Shown here: in pieces, positions 63,046 through 64,000 of the stretch
Layout of the letters: every line of letters begins with the position of its first letter
How positions within the stretch are numbered: the first letter of the stretch is position 1
NCBI GenBank assembly: GCA_963726455.1
Contig: CAVSCK010000003.1
Coordinates: 109,118-173,117, forward strand
Length of the DNA: 64,000 nt
Direction of reading: 5' to 3'
DNA from: an uncultured bacterium
GTDB taxonomy: Bacteria > Zixibacteria > MSB-5A5 > CAIYYT01
Program-made: the position numbers and the translations under genes
Notes under the pieces: model-generated
Told to the model about the DNA's origin: nothing
The model's database searches: none
The model's input: only the letters and a program-made list of their open reading frames with translations

Positions 63046-64000
63046 ATGCATCGTGTAGTAATTGCACTGGCTTTAATAGGATTGTTACTTGCCTCTGCTA
63101 ATTCCAACGGGCAACACTTTCCCACACCTTATGTTCCATCAGCTCACAGCGCCACGGGGACGAGCACGACATTTCAATTCGATATCCCCTCGACATCTCT
63201 GGTCGATTCAACCATGACGCATCAATTGGTGTATCGCGATACGACATCACTGGGCTGGATTCATACGGTGATGGCAGAGCTCTATCAGTCTTGCACGACC
63301 TCAACATACAGCGCCGCCATCAATTTCACTCCTCCATCCGGAACCATGGAATGGTATTTCCGGTCCGAGGGCGACACGGTAGTCATTAGTATGTCGCCAA
63401 AAAACAGCGCGAATACTTTTCCTTTACCTTCGCATATGATGGCCGACATGGGAAGCGATTCCGTCGGTGACGCCGTCGGTGCTACCGGTCCGTATCTCGA
63501 CCTGACCGGAATGCAGATGGGATATTCAGACACCAAAATCTACGCCCGCATCACAAATGTCAGCGGCGGTTACCCCACCAATTCCGGCACAACGTTTTTT
63601 CTCTATGGTGTCGGAGTGATCAATCCTGACGAGACTGATTCAGTCGGCTACGCGATGATATATGTCAACGTGCCGTTCATTATGACATCGGGATTATATC
63701 GCATCAATCCGGTCGATACATCATTCAGCAAGATCGGCAACATCAGCACTAACATTTCGGGCACTGCGTTGTCGATGTCGTGCAATATCAGCGACTTGAC
63801 GGCGCAACCGGGATGGGGAGTCTGGCCGCCGCCATCAGGATTTATTCTGACCGCGCCGATGACTGCCACGCAGACGCTCTCCGGGTTCACGACCAACGAC
63901 GTCGGCAAGGGTGGCGTGTTCCTGCCGTCCTCGCACATTATTCACTTTGGTGGATCCAACGCTGCACCGACTCTCACCGGTGTGTCGATTGTAGCTTCGC
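63046..64000 (+). CDS. Secreted hypothetical protein (signal peptide MHRVVIALALIGLLLASA), 3'-partial at the window edge
   Basis: The ATG at 63046 is preceded by GGAGAT. An open frame then runs to the end of the window with no in-frame stop. The incomplete ORF is not listed in the ORF track. Confidence 0.55.
   Translation, partial: MHRVVIALALIGLLLASANSNGQHFPTPYVPSAHSATGTSTTFQFDIPSTSLVDSTMTHQLVYRDTTSLGWIHTVMAELYQSCTTSTYSAAINFTPPSGTMEWYFRSEGDTVVISMSPKNSANTFPLPSHMMADMGSDSVGDAVGATGPYLDLTGMQMGYSDTKIYARITNVSGGYPTNSGTTFFLYGVGVINPDETDSVGYAMIYVNVPFIMTSGLYRINPVDTSFSKIGNISTNISGTALSMSCNISDLTAQPGWGVWPPPSGFILTAPMTATQTLSGFTTNDVGKGGVFLPSSHIIHFGGSNAAPTLTGVSIVAS

Noticed and set aside
62664-63125. A 153-aa ORF on the minus strand, in the porU upstream intergenic region
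   Set aside because: The region is AT-rich and the ORF has no signal or motif. It overlaps the probable promoter region and the start of the plus-strand secreted-protein gene, so it is likely spurious.
63285-63938. Small minus-strand ORFs (83 and 96 aa) near the window end
   Set aside because: They are antisense to the continuous plus-strand open frame of the partial secreted-protein gene that starts at 63046.
1-64000. CRISPR arrays, IS elements/transposases, integrases, prophage or restriction-modification genes
   Set aside because: No regularly spaced direct repeats and no transposase or integrase-like ORFs were found. The window appears to be core chromosome plus envelope and secretion loci, not a mobile or defence island.

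Overview
This 64-kb window is a gene-dense bacterial chromosomal segment. About 50 protein genes and one tRNA are called, and nearly all lie on the minus strand. Only uvrB, one lipoprotein gene and the final partial gene are on the plus strand. The gene content points to an FCB-superphylum organism (Bacteroidetes, Ignavibacteria or Chlorobi-like); the GC content looks mid-50s %. From left to right the window holds:
- rplU, then a DNA-maintenance neighbourhood (uvrB, radA, dnaB, a family-4 UDG, coaBC), then smg.
- A purN-purC-purH operon with a long 5' leader.
- A stomatin/NfeD pair.
- A selA-selB-tRNA-Sec (UCA) cluster.
- A complete bacillithiol pathway (bshB-bshA-bshC).
- A TetR-controlled RND efflux set (TolC, MFP, RND).
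- A 10-gene Bat/aerotolerance-like locus (two short BatD-like paralogs, MoxR ATPase, DUF58, an ArnT-like glycosyltransferase, BatA-E).
- A UbiA prenyltransferase, an Omp85 protein and a large beta-rich envelope protein.
- A type IX secretion (T9SS) attachment-complex locus: the PorU sortase, an unusually large PorV/FadL-like protein carrying an inserted beta-propeller, a CTD-bearing M6/FG-GAP metalloprotease cargo, two tandem uncharacterised paralogs and an NHL-repeat lipoprotein.
Six conserved genes are broken by frameshifts in the assembled sequence. This most likely reflects indel errors in the assembly rather than pseudogenisation. No CRISPR array, IS element, prophage or restriction-modification system is visible.
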